Source: Octopus sinensis | Lineage: Eukaryota | Direction of reading: 5' to 3' | DNA: 64,000 bases | Assembly (NCBI RefSeq): GCF_006345805.1 | Contig: NC_042999.1 | Coordinates: 19,282,001 to 19,346,000 of the forward strand | Shown here: one piece after another, positions 48,672-61,184 of the stretch | Position numbering within the stretch: the stretch's first letter is position 1 | Layout of the letters: every line of letters begins with the position of its first letter | Program-made: the position numbers and the translations under genes | The notes under the pieces: model-generated | Databases searched by the model: none | What the model saw: the letters and a program-made list of their open reading frames with translations, nothing else | What the model was told of the DNA's origin: nothing

Positions 48672-48844
48672 ACATATATATGACGGCCTTCTTTCAGTTT
48701 CCGTCTACCAAATCCACTCACAAGGCTTTGGTCGGCGCGAGGCTATAGTAGAAGACACTTGCCCAAGTGCCACGCAGTGGGACTGAGCCCAGAACCATGT
48801 GGTTGGTAAGCAAGCTACTTACCACACAGCTACTCCTGCGCCTA
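48410..48844 (-). mobile_element. SINE family A
   Basis: Full reverse copy. Confidence 0.9.
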
Positions 48845-48904
48845 CTCATATGTTAGGAAATAATTGTACAATGACGAATACTCGTTTTTTTCTGAGTGAC
48901 ACAT

Positions 48905-49120
48905 ATTCAGGTGAGTTGGCTGAGTCGTTAGCACGCTGGACGAAATGCTTAACGGTATTTCGCCCGTTGCTACGTTCTGAGTTCAAATTCCGCCGAGGCC
49001 GACTTTGCCTTTCATCCTTTCGAGGTTCGATAAATTAAGTACCAATTGCATGCTGGGGTTGATCTAATAGACTGGTTCTTCTCCCAAAATTTCAAGCCTT
49101 ATGCCTATATTAAAAAATAT
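48905..49120 (+). mobile_element. SINE B (B2 tail)
   Basis: Head, core and B2 tail. Confidence 0.8.
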
Positions 49121-50639
49121 GCATATCCTCTGTACAAATTAAGGGAAGATTTTTTGCAATAAAATCAAAGAAATAAACTCTACTGTTGGAATGTCGGTTT
49201 GTTTGCATTTCAGCTAAATGTTTTTAAATGAGCTCTAATGAAGAGATTCAGATCTACAAGAGAAGGATATACTTCAGTACTAATGATGAATGGTGAAACG
49301 TTCTAGAATTTACAATCTATGATCGCCTCTTCAGTGTAACTAAATTAAATGTTCGTTTGGAAAATGATTAAAGAATATATTTCACTGATGAAAATATCTA
49401 TGATTACATCCAGTGGAGATCTAACTGCAGGTTCACAGCATTCTTTCAATCATATCAGACTCATAAATTTGTCAAAACTATTCTAAACTTGGTCCTCTCT
49501 CAATATTAAATTTGGCAGTAGCGCAGAAAATAAATACCCATCTTCAAATATCTAAACGTATAAGTGTTAAATAACACTCACATCGGGTCAAATGTCTTCG
49601 TATTATTTAAATAGCTGAACAAGGTAAATGGAGCTTAGTTCAGCACCTACAGGGAAACATATCAGAACCTTCCACTATTCAAAGTTGAAAACTACCGAAA
49701 ACATTACCATCCATTTCCTTCCAAAACCCCCTTATATGTTCGCCATCGAAGTATTCTGATACAATCCATCTTTACTGAATCAATCTGGGATCACATCATA
49801 TGAGCTAAACTTGTAAAAAGGATCGACGTCATTCTTCTTGAAAATCTATATAATGTTGAATTTAGCTGATAGTGATGTTTTTACACATCAACAGAGACAA
49901 GAAATTTGGCAGGTTGTTCCAAGGCCGAAGATATCTTCAATCGAATAATGCTTTGATCTCCACAAGTCTGTCTTTTAAATATACATATATTTTGTAATGA
50001 GAATTAATAAAATACAAGGGCGAAGTTGCAGACTGGTTGCAATCACATTAGTACAGCAGTTTTAACATGATTATTTCTACGTTGCATTTCTCAGAGAAGG
50101 AAACAAATGAAGTACGTTTCTTTTTAGTTCTTGACTGAAAAATTGAGAATATGATATAGTCACTGAATTGCTGTAGACATGGAAAAAGTTACTGATTAGA
50201 AAAATAATTCATTTTCTGTAATTATGTAAATTAGTATAATATTTTAGGAAAATAATCTCTTTTTAGAAAATAGAAAATGAAATATGTAAAACTAAAATTA
50301 TATTTTAGGCTCGATAATTGTATATTGTTTGTAAATATTGATGTCGTCTACTTTACACCTTCTTTAGAATTGCTTAGATGACAGGATGCTGAGTGATTCA
50401 GCACTGTGATAATAAACGAAGATTGCAAACCACAAATACAACAAATTCTCCCAAATATAGAAAATGAGTTTCAGAGGTTCCCTCAACAGCTGATGGAGTC
50501 GTAGACATACCGTTGTAAAGTAAGGCGCATCTTCAATATATTTTATATATCCTGCGATGACTAGTCCAACTGAGGTCTTCCGGTGCCCTATTTATTCGAC
50601 AAAAAGGCAAAATCACACAAAGAAAGAACTATAAAAACA

Positions 50640-50935
50640 GAAGATTCGATGCTCCACACGCACATACACGCTCTCTTATACACACGTACGTGCACCTTCG
50701 TTTTGGCATCACCAATACTTTATTATCTCCCCTTCTTCCTAGCCCTCCTGTGTGACCCCTCTGTCCGGCATTCGCCATGATAGATCGCTAGCCACTACAC
50801 ATTCTTTATATTCTCTCTTTGTTGTTATATGTGTTACTTTCTGTGAAATAGTGTAGGCTCGAAACGTTAAAGACTTAGTGAATACATCTATTTGTTGTCT
50901 ACACCACCTGTCTTCGTCTGTTGCATTTTTTTGAA
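50640..50935 (+). mobile_element. Penelope-like terminus, family H
   Basis: cttt-ctgtgaa..gtaggctc-GAAAC-GTT-aaag at 50837-50872. Confidence 0.6.
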
Positions 50936-50959
50936 TTCTCTCTCTCTCACTCTCTCTCA

Positions 50960-51204
50960 TCGGTTGTCAGCATCGGTTGGGGGACAAACACAGACACACA
51001 AACACATACACACACATACATATATATATATACATATATACGACAGGCTTCTTTCAGTTTCCGTCTACCACATCCGCTCACAAGGCATTGGTAGGCCCGA
51101 GGCTATAGCAGAAGACACTTGCCCAAGGTGCCACGCAGTGGGACTGAACCCGGAATCATGTGGTTCGTAAGCAAGCTACTTACCACACAACCACTCCTGC
51201 GCCT
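50960..51204 (-). mobile_element. SINE A, 5' part
   Basis: Head to the tgtccccc region only. Confidence 0.85.
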
Positions 51205-51258
51205 AAATATATATATATATATATACTTTATTTTAAGCAGCTGAAAATTCAACAAAAT

Positions 51259-51296
51259 CTGTTACTCTGAGTTTCTCGTTGCCGTTCATCAGACAG
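51259..51296 (-). ncRNA. Type I hammerhead ribozyme
   Basis: Reverse complement of 51313-51350. Confidence 0.75.
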
Positions 51297-51312
51297 TTTT
51301 TTGTAGCAAAAA

Positions 51313-51350
51313 CTGTCTGATGAACGGCAACGAGAAACTCAGAGTAACAG
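51313..51350 (+). ncRNA. Type I hammerhead ribozyme
   Basis: ctgt-CTGATGA-a cg/gcaa/cg a-GAA-actc-a-gagt-A-acag; GUA site after 51346. Confidence 0.75.
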
Positions 51351-51450
51351 ATTTTGTTGAATTTTCTGCTGCTTAAAATAAAGCATATTACTCTACCACT
51401 GGTATTTGAGTACTCTTTTTTCCACCTTGTTTCACATTTATGTTTACTCC

Positions 51451-51494
<44 letters not shown>

Positions 51495-52026
51495 ATATAT
51501 ATTGATACTGATAATTAAGAACCGTAAATTGTAAAGTCAGACATACCCGTACCGTCAAGATTTCGAAGTTTTTGAAAATGCCACTAAGTTCTCGCGTTAG
51601 CAATTACCCCAATTTCAATTAACGTGTATCAGTGAAAGTTTGGGGTTGTAGTCGTCTTCTGGCAGCCATTGTTAGTGTACTGGTACTGCTTGTAGCACCC
51701 TTAATTATTAATTAATAATGTTTTACCGAATGATATTTTTTGTGCATGCTTGCCACTTGATATTATTGTAAGCAATAATAATCCTTATATATATTTTGAT
51801 AATTTATTTCACTCCGATCACCTTTTAAAATTTGCCGCGTATGTTTGTGTGTGGTGTATTTGTGTGTATATTTGTGTATAGTTGAGTGTATGTTAGTGTG
51901 CGTGTTTGTTTGTTTGTTTGTCTGTGTGTGTGTATTTGTGTCTGTATGTGTGTGTCTGTGTTTGTGTGTATGCCCTCCACAATGTATTACTAATCTGGAG
52001 CTCTGATAATTTATAGATATATTTCA

Positions 52027-52245
52027 GGCGGCAAGCTGGCAGAAACGTTTGCACACCGGGCGAAATGCTTAGCGGTATTTCGCCAGTCGCTACGTTCTGA
52101 GTTCAAATTCCGCCGAGGTCGACTTTGCCTTTCATGATAAATTAAGTACCAGTTACTCACTGGGGTCGATATAATCCACTTAATCCGTTTGTCTGTCCTT
52201 GTTCGTCCTCTCTATGTTTAGCCCCTTGTGGGCAATAAAGAAATA
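52027..52245 (+). mobile_element. SINE B1
   Basis: Head, core with small deletion, B1 tail. Confidence 0.88.
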
Positions 52246-52999
52246 AGATATACTGCATTATGATGAATGTATGGCACCGAAGACTTTCAACATATGATTC
52301 TCAGTACCCAGTTATGATGGTATATACACTCATTTTCAATTCTGACTTTTCTTCCTCGATTGTGGTCTATTACAATACCAGCTGTATTCTGAACTTGTTT
52401 TACCTTCTATAATACCTTCGACAATAAGTGATTTGTGTTTTCTATGCCAATCATCGCTTCTGAAATTTGTTGTATTTCTGCCAATCATTGCGTCTGAAAT
52501 TTGTATCAATAATACAATACTGAAAATTCAAAAAAGCTATAAACACTTTTCTATTGTATACTTTTGTATCCATAATTTGAAAGTGTCCCCAAGCTGAAGA
52601 AAAGGAAATATACAAAGCAACGATAAATCTGAAAAAAAAAATCAAGGAAAATTTGATATTTGATAACAGTAAATACAGAGTTTGAATACTAGAAATGGAA
52701 TAAATATACAAGGAAACAATTTTAAGATAAAAAGAAAGCGAAAAAATTTAATCTGCAAGAAAAAAATTTTAAATGTCTGTCATTCTTTTCTGATGCTAGT
52801 GCAACCGTGACAAGAATAATGACAAACACCTCTTGACCATTTCTGCTTCTAATACTGTCAAATAACAGTTTTTAGTCTATGTTGGAAATTTACTTAGTAT
52901 GATTATATTAGAACTAAAAGCATAATACGATCAAAAATATTCACATCAAATTTCCCAAGCTATTCTCTGAAAAGCAAATTTTCATTATGAAAACGAAGC

Positions 53000-53205
53000 G
53001 TCCATCTGGCAGAATTGTCAGCACTTTTGAAAAATTGCTTTGCGAAGTTTCTTCCAACTCTTAACGCCCTAAGTTCAAATTCCACCGCCGTGATCGACTT
53101 TTCCTTTCATCCTTCCGGTGGTTGAAGAAGTAAAGTACCAGTCAAGTACTCTAGCCTATGTAAATTGCTTTGCCCCTGTTCTCAAAATTGTTGTGCCAAA
53201 CTTAG
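53000..53205 (+). mobile_element. SINE B, old
   Basis: ctggcagaattgtcagc..aagttcaaattcc..ttcctttcatccttcc. Confidence 0.6.
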
Positions 53206-53215
53206 AAAGAAATAT

Positions 53216-53649
53216 ATTCTCTTTTACTTGTTTTAGTCATTTGACTGTGGCCATGCTGGAGCACTGCCTCTAGTCGAGCAAATCGACTCCAGGACTTATT
53301 CTTTGTAAGCCTAGTGCTTATTCTTTCGGTTTCATTTGCTGAACTGCTAAGTTACGGGGACGTAAACACACCAGCATCGGTTGTCAAGCGATGTTGTGGG
53401 GACAAACACAGACACGCAAACATATACACACACATGCATAAATATTTATACATATATTTATACATATATATTTATACATATATACGACGGGCTTCTTTTA
53501 GTTTCCGTCTACCAAATCCACTCACAAGGCTATGGTCGGCTCGAGGCTATAGCAGAAGACACTTGCCCAAGGTGCCACGCATTGGGACTGAACTCAGAAC
53601 CATGTGGTTGGTAAGCAAGCTACTTACCACACAGCTACTCCTACGCCTA
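53216..53649 (-). mobile_element. SINE family A
   Basis: Full reverse copy. Confidence 0.9.
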
Positions 53650-53653
53650 TATG

Positions 53654-53695
<42 letters not shown>

Positions 53696-54949
53696 CAAAA
53701 TATTATTGAAATTTTCTCACATCATGAATACTTGACAAGAAGGAGTATTATGGCCCTAATTTATGGAATTCAATGATAGTGATGCTGAGACTTTATTTAA
53801 AAAACACTTATGAATAAGAGAAGTCTCTGGTGGATATATTATGAAGGTGAAACTGGTTCAGCTTTCTTAAACATGACCAAATGTTTCAGGGAAATACTGC
53901 AAATTATATTTCCTTTGGCTGTCGGGGATTGCTATCATAATTTTGATTTTGACCTTTAGATTCAGTAACAGATGTGAAATCATAGTCGTTGCATCCGTAT
54001 TGGTTTTTCTTTCAATTGATATGGAGCAGGAAAACTCCTTCAGCATAAATCGCATTGTCGCAGCATGTATTGAAGGAGCGCTTTCAACCCTTTCCCAAAC
54101 AAATCTTACGTTTCTCAGGCGACAGTTTTGATCCCCACTCTTTATTTTTTTCTATTCATCAAAGACATACTTGACGCCAGCCACGCTTCCGCTTAAACAG
54201 ATGACATGTCCCTTGACTCATTTCAAGTTAATTTTCCTCCCTAGAACATCAGCACCCTAGATCCTTCTTCTTGTGTCTTTCCTGCTGCTGTTGACCTGCG
54301 ACAATCAAAAGACGATATGAACAGCATCAAGCACTTCGACCTGGAAGGGACAGCAAAGTTAATATGCAATGACCCTTTCTCCCGCCTCAAAATTTGTTTT
54401 CTTAATAATTGTACCTCTGCAAAATATCATAGCTAGACTAACGACATGGTTTCATACTTAAGTCGGTGTATTTGTTGACGTAAACATCAAATAATGACTA
54501 TTAATGACCAAAGAGGAAGAAATGACATGTTCATTTTCAGAGTTGTTCTCTCCTACGATTACTCATTCATTAGGATCTTTGTTTTGTGGACTTTACACTA
54601 ATTCCAGGAACAAGCACTCCAGGAAAATATAATTTCGAAAAATATGTATTTTTCATTGTTATCTAGAAACTTATACAATCTTTTATTTGTCAAAATAAAC
54701 CTGGAATTTCCACGAGTACCCTTCTGCCTTTTCTTTGTGATTTTTACTTATATCCTTCATTCAACTGTGGCAATGCTGGGGCACTGCATTGAAGGATTTA
54801 GTGTTTTATTTTATTTTTGATTTTTTGGTTTTTTTTAATAAGCTTGGTATCTCATGTACTTCTCCTTTGCTGCTAGATTACGAGAAAAGCACAAAACATG
54901 TGTATAAACGCACGCACACACACACATACACACGCACGCACACACACAC

Positions 54950-55016
<67 letters not shown>

Positions 55017-55019
55017 GTT

Positions 55020-55215
55020 AACCCAAACATGAAAACAAAAACAGAAAACACAGCAACGCCAGGATATGGAAAAGTATAGTGTTATTATACGCTCAGGAAA
55101 GAAAAGAAAGAAGGAGGATTGAACGTTTCGAGAGGAGCTCTTCGTAGGAAAATGAAGGATCCAAGGAAGAGAAGACGGAGAAAAAAATCGCCAACGATAC
55201 ACACGCGGTCATATA
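55020..55215 (-). mobile_element. Penelope-like terminus with degenerate HHR
   Basis: Minus strand cctacgaagagctcctctcgaaacgttc at 55121-55148; flanked by microsatellites. Confidence 0.5.
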
Positions 55216-56109
55216 TTGAATGTATCGTATATATATATATATACCATCTCGTTCCAATATACCATCTCGAGTTTACAAAGCCTAACGTGTTCTTCTATTC
55301 CAATGGTAAAGTATTTGAGCAAAAATATGTGATTGTTCGTTCTAACTTGTTGCTGTCAAGTGAGAAGATATACTGAGTTCTGAGGAGAAAATGAGATCTG
55401 TGACAAATTTAGAATTACGACATCAATGAGCGATCACTGAGGCACAGTAGGAATTATGGCATCAGAGAAGTGTGATTATTATAAAATTGGCTGAAATATG
55501 TACATGCTGAGCTGTCTTAAGCATGGGCCTCGCTGGTCTAGGAGCCCAAATCTGATTTGTGTGGGTTGAGATTTACAGTCTATAAATAAATATTATAGGG
55601 CTCACGCGCATTGGTTTTTCAGGCGGTTTCTAATGCAACTAACATTGCTCTGCATCCCAGCACAAGATCTGGGGCCAGTAAGTCCATAGCTGCTGCTGTT
55701 AAATATCTGTTATTTACTTACTGTTGTCATTGTTGAGTGAGGGTAGTTTAAACATGTTGTTTCAATGCGGCTCCGAAGTATTGTATACGTCTTTGTGCAG
55801 TTTCGTCTTAAAGTATTGGGTCACTGTTACTTTCGGAGATCAGTGTTCCGAAAGCTCAATTCGTATGTATTCCGTTGCTCTCTGTCAATGTGTGTGTATA
55901 CACACACACACACACACATATACATACATACATACATATATATATATATGTAAATGGATGAATGAATTATCCTTTATTTGCCGTTTACCGATAACATGGA
56001 AAATTCAATAAACAGTTACCAGGGTAGCAAAATTCACGCAAGTAACACGGATGAAGCTTCCTATTCAAAGGTAGAAACTCCGGGTTAATGTGCAGTAATT
56101 TGTGTAGTA

Positions 56110-56259
56110 TAAGTAAATAAATGGAGGTGAACGCAGATATTATTAAAATTCTTTTACTTTTGACATATGTTTGGAATAAAACCAACGTTGTCTTCGAAAC
56201 ATATGTCGAAAGTAAAAGAATTTTAATAACATCTGCGTTCAACTCCATTTATTTGCTTA
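56110..56259. repeat. Inverted repeat (67-bp arms) holding the 3' half of an HHR
   Basis: 5 mismatches between arms; GAAAC-atat-GTC-gaaag at 56196-56212. Confidence 0.8.
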
Positions 56260-56285
56260 TATATATTAATATATATATATGTATA

Positions 56286-56330
<45 letters not shown>

Positions 56331-56403
56331 CATGTATGTACGTATGTATATATATATATATATCTTAACTATAATTATATATTATTTTGTAATTATAATA
56401 ACA

Positions 56404-56439
<36 letters not shown>

Positions 56440-56442
56440 TAA

Positions 56443-56586
56443 GCTCCAATTAAAGCGACTATTCTAAACAAATTCACTGAAAAAAGATGGGCCAAACAAC
56501 TGGCAATAAATCTTGTATTCAATTCCCAGTGGTTCAGCACATCTTTTTTCAGTCAATTTGTTTAGATTAGTCGCTTTAATTGGAGC
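56443..56586. repeat. Inverted repeat (about 61-bp arms) between (AAT)n and (ATT)n
   Basis: gctccaattaaagcgact.. / ..agtcgctttaattggagc. Confidence 0.85.
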
Positions 56587-56957
56587 ATATATTATTATTA
56601 TTATTAGTAGTAGTAGTAGTATTAGTAGTAGTAGTAGTACAATTATTATTATTATTAAAAAAATAATATATAATTACACTTATTTTAAAAAGACCTATAC
56701 GGTCGCTTTTCTCCGAAATTTAACAACCCTTAGGTTTCTTTGAAAATTGATGAATATATATATCTTAGAGGGCTCAATGCACTGATTTCCCCCCGCGGGG
56801 TGGGGGTGGTTCTAATGTTACTCACACGCCCTTGGTGGAAGATTTATTGGTCAGTGTAGGAGAAAATGTGGTTCAGAAAGGAGGAAACAAACTATACGAA
56901 GATCGTGAAATTTTGTCGATGAATTGTGAAGTAATGGTGTGTCAGTAATTTGAATAT

Positions 56958-57275
56958 GACGTAGTGGTTAAGAGTGCGGTCTACTAACCCTAAGATTCCG
57001 AGTTCGATTTCAAGCAATGACCTGGATAATAACAATAAAAATAATAATAATAATAATAATAATAAATATAACAATAATAATAATAATAATAATAATAACA
57101 ACAACAACATTGAAAAATACCTTAGGAATGAGAACCCAGGTTCGAAATTTCCCCAAGACACCTGATGAAGGCTGGAGGGTATATCAGCTGAAACGTTGTG
57201 TTAACAACAAACAAGATGAGGACAAATATAGTCGAATGTAAATAATGTACATAATTCCTCGTCTTAAATATAGAA
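56958..57275 (+). mobile_element. tRNA-headed SINE with Penelope-type HHR tail (family E, copy 2)
   Basis: Head, (AAT)n spacer, tail shared with 7880-8085. Confidence 0.82.
57157..57202 (+). ncRNA. Minimal type I hammerhead motif
   Basis: gacac-CTGATGA-a-ggctg/cagct-GAAAC-GTT-gtgtt; palindromic ACGT stem III. Confidence 0.7.
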
Positions 57276-57327
57276 CAGTGTTCAAGTTGCCTATTATCAA
57301 AGAAGATAACCTGGTAATATGTCGTGT

Positions 57328-57722
57328 GAGGTGCTGGCAGAATCGTTAGCATGGCCGCGCGAAATTCTTAGCGGTATTTCGTCTGCCGTTACATCCTGAG
57401 TTCAAATTCCGCCGAGGTTGACTTTGCTTTCATCCTTTCGGGGTCGATTAAATAAGTACCAGTTACACACTGGGGTCGATATAATCGACTTAATCCGTTT
57501 GTCTGTCCTTGTTTGTTCCCTCTGTGTTTAACCCCTAGTGGGTAGTAAAGAAATCGGTATTTCGTCCGACTTTACGTTCTGAGTTTAAATTTCACGATAT
57601 CAACTTTGCTTTTCACGTTTTCGAGATCAATAAAATAAGTGCCAGTTGAGCTGTGAGGTAGAGGTAATCGACACAACTCCTATCCCGAAATTAGAGGCCT
57701 TGTGCCAAAATTTGAAATCAAT
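57328..57722 (+). mobile_element. SINE B dimer (B1 plus B3-like)
   Basis: Junction gtaaagaaatc|ggtatttcgtc. Confidence 0.85.
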
Positions 57723-57799
57723 ATTCAGTGTGCAGGGAAATATTCTAGATAGCAGCCTGCTTGAAAGATAAACCATACCCTTCTCAACTAAAATTCTAC

Positions 57800-58026
57800 C
57801 TATTTCTTTACTACCCACAAGGCGCTAAACATACAGTGGACAAACAAGGACAGACAAACGGATTAAGTCGATTATATCGACCCCAGTGCGTAACTGGTAC
57901 TTAATGTATCGACCCGATGAAAGGTAAAGTCGACCTCGGCGAAATTTGAACTCAGAACGCAGCGGCAGACGAAATACCGCTGAGTATTTCGCCCGGCGGG
58001 CTAACGATTCTGCCAGCTCGCCGCCT
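57800..58026 (-). mobile_element. SINE B1 with about 20-bp TSD
   Basis: ttctcaactaa(a/c)attctac on both sides. Confidence 0.9.
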
Positions 58027-58601
58027 TTCTCAACTAACATTCTACCATCAGAAAGGACAGACGCGAGATGGCTCGGGACTAAATGTGTGGGTAGTGATAT
58101 TTACCTCCTAGTCAGAGCTACTTCATGCAAGCGACAACGACATAGACACTTCAGGTTCATTAAATCCCCACCATACCATAACGAATTACTCAAGCCGATG
58201 TACAGCTATGAATGATCATGTATGGTTATTGCGATTTCAGACAAATAGTAAAGAAGCGGGGGACGAAGAAGTTAAAACAGAAGTAAACAAGAAAGAAAAT
58301 AAGAATAAAAAGCAAGTACAGACATAAGTAAATTGAGTCAATCATTTTCTGTCCAGTTAGCCACTTCGTGTGTCTATTGATCTCAAACATATAACTTTGC
58401 TATATTTGCCATTGTTGTCACACACAGCTTTGGAAGTTAATCTCAGAAGAATTGCTATTAAATCAGAATGTGCTTTCATCTAACTTCTATATTTCTATTC
58501 TGTCTGCGATAGTTTGTGGAAAGATAGAATTACTTTATACAGTAGTTTCAAATTTCTACATTACCAAAGAAAATCAGAGATAATAAAAAAAAACAACAGC
58601 A

Positions 58602-58641
<40 letters not shown>

Positions 58642-59259
58642 TTGGCCTTAAGCATACAAGGAGAAAAAATGGCAATGTAATAATGGAGACAAATGGTGAC
58701 AAGTGAAGTTCTGAAGGATTTAATAGTTAGTAAGGGATTAGCCTGGACAGGAACAGAAGAAATAGGAACCAGTGGCGAATAATTGTGATGCTGGTGTTTT
58801 TCTTTTTGTTTTTTGTTTTTTTTTTTCTTTTATGTGGGTTATCTGAAAATGTTTTCAAGAAAACGTAACGAGATTTTGGATATCTCAAATTCAGTTTGTT
58901 GATGAGGAAACATTTGAAATAACATGGCATATTTGTCGATGTTGCAAACTGAATTATTTTAGTGAAGGTAAAAAAAACGTTATAAAAACTATCTGTACCA
59001 ATCTATGTATATTTTCAGGTCTGTGTACGTGTGGCAATATACCACACATGCCCGAGTCAACAGGATACCAGATAACTTGCCGAAAAAAATCACCTTCGTT
59101 ATACTATCACTGAAATAGCAAGGTGTATCTGTTTGAGGTATCTAAAAGACTAACATATTTACTTCGTGTTTAAGCGTATAACTAAATTTGTATTGCTTGC
59201 ATGGTCACTTACTTCAGAGGCATACAATGACTTATGAGATCTTATAGATAGGATATAAT

Positions 59260-59659
59260 ACTCTCTCTTTTTACTTGTTTCAGTCATTTGACTGTGGCCG
59301 TGCTGGTGCACCGCCTTTAGTCGAGCAAATCGTCCCCGGGACTTATTCTTTGTAAGCCTAGTACTTATTCTATCGGTTGCTTTTGCGGAACCGCTAAGTT
59401 ACGGGAACTTAAACACACCAGCATCGGTTGTCAAGCGATGCTGGAAGGACAAACACAGAAACACAAACACACACATATACTTATAGATATATACGACAGG
59501 CTTCTTTCAGTTTCCGCCTACCAAATCCACTCACAAGGATTTGGTCGGCCCGAGGCTATAGTAGAAGACACTTGCCCAAGGTGCCACGCAGTGGGACTGA
59601 ACCCGGAACCACGTGGTTCGTAAGCAAGCTACTTATCACACAGCCACTCCTACGCCTAT
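59260..59659 (-). mobile_element. SINE family A
   Basis: Full reverse copy. Confidence 0.9.
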
Positions 59660-60094
59660 AATGTGTTGGAGGAACAACGTTTCTAAAGAAGAACAGGTTA
59701 AGGGCAAATGAGAATATGTGAGTGTACACGTATAGTATTTGGTAATGTAAGCCAAAGAAAAGGACACTGTCATAGGTCGGCTCGGTAGGTAGAATGCAAA
59801 ACAAATAGAGATCATGGATCGCATAAGTTGTTTGGTAAAATCAGAGAATGTCGTGCTCAACCAATAAAACAAAAACAACATATAACAAAAATATTTTATT
59901 ATGATTATTCCTGAGCATATTCACCATCTACTTCAATTACTGCTTCCAGTTGCTTGGCAGACGGTCAGACCGTCCTTTAATGATGTTTTTGTTAAATATT
60001 GTTATTGTTTTTGTTGAATAAAATTTGTTGAAAAAAAGCCGCAATAATTATGCTTCAATCAAATAATATCAAATTTTAAAATATATTCCTTTAT

Positions 60095-60430
60095 TTTTAT
60101 TTGTTTTAGACATTGGATTACGGCCATGCTGTGGCACAATTTTGAAGAGTTTAATAGAACAAGTTTCTTCTATAGTCTGGTATTTATTTTATGGGTCTCT
60201 TTGGCCGTGCAATAAAGTAAAGAGGCTGTATACAAACCAACACCGCTTCTCAAATAGTGAGAAGATAAAGAGAAAGGCATATACACACAAACTTCTACAA
60301 AGTTTCCATTTGAGAAATCCACTCACTAGGCATTAGTTGACCCGGGGCCAGAGCAAAAATCACTTGCCCCACAGTAGGACTGAACCCAAAATCACGTGGT
60401 TGCATGGCATGCTGTTTATGCCTGGCTTCA
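60095..60430 (-). mobile_element. SINE A (old)
   Basis: Diverged reverse copy. Confidence 0.6.
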
Positions 60431-60480
60431 ATGCCTCCGTGTGTTTCTTCAAGTTTGTTAATAATCATTTTTTCTTCATA

Positions 60481-60712
60481 GGCGGCGAGCTGGCAGAAGC
60501 GTTAGCGCGCCGGGCAAAATGCTTTGCGGTATTTCGTCTGCCGTTATGTTCTGAGTTCAAATTCTACCGAGGTCGACTTTGCCTTTCATCATTTCGGGGT
60601 CGATAAATTAAGTACCAGTTACGCACTAGGGTCAATGTAATCGACTTAATCCATTTGTCTGTCCTTGCTTGTCTCCTCTGTGATTAGCCCCTTGTGGGCA
60701 ATAAAGAAATAT
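60481..60712 (+). mobile_element. SINE B1
   Basis: Full copy; attttttcttcat on both sides. Confidence 0.9.
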
Positions 60713-61184
60713 ATATTTTTTCTTCATTTCAGCTAACAGAGAATAAATTCTCCGAATCTACTCAGCAAAGCCAATAATACATTGTAACATTGTAAGGTTT
60801 AATTATATTCATGTACATACAGATTTCCCGTTCTTTCTGCATCGATTTCGCTTTTCATCGGTCAGTGCTCAATAAAATCAATACATGTGAAGTACTAGAG
60901 CCGATGTAATAAAATGTTCTCTTAATTCAAAATGTCTGGCCTTTGTTCACCTCTTGAAACAGATCTTTTACTTGTTCCGATCATTGGATTGCAGCCAAGC
61001 TGGGACACCGTCTTGAAGGATTTAGCAGTAGAAATCCACTCTAGTAAATATTCAGGACTTACATTTTGTTTTAATTCTTACAAGCTAGAATTATTAAGAA
61101 TATTATCTTTCTTCATTAAAGAATAACAGGGAATAAATTGGATGAATCTGTTCACCGAAGGTGACAATATCTTGTAAAGTTCAT

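Larger units (their letters stand above)
51226..51452. mobile_element. Penelope-like inverted terminus in (AT)n
   Basis: Palindrome 51226-51383 with an HHR in each arm; right arm extends to (AT)n. Confidence 0.8.

Noticed and set aside
49150-50000. Non-repetitive stretch that may be a decayed transposase
   Set aside because: No motif could be recovered in any frame by eye; it needs a Dfam or tBLASTx search.
59019-59122. Exon-like segment after attttcag
   Set aside because: Stops in all frames and only a weak donor.
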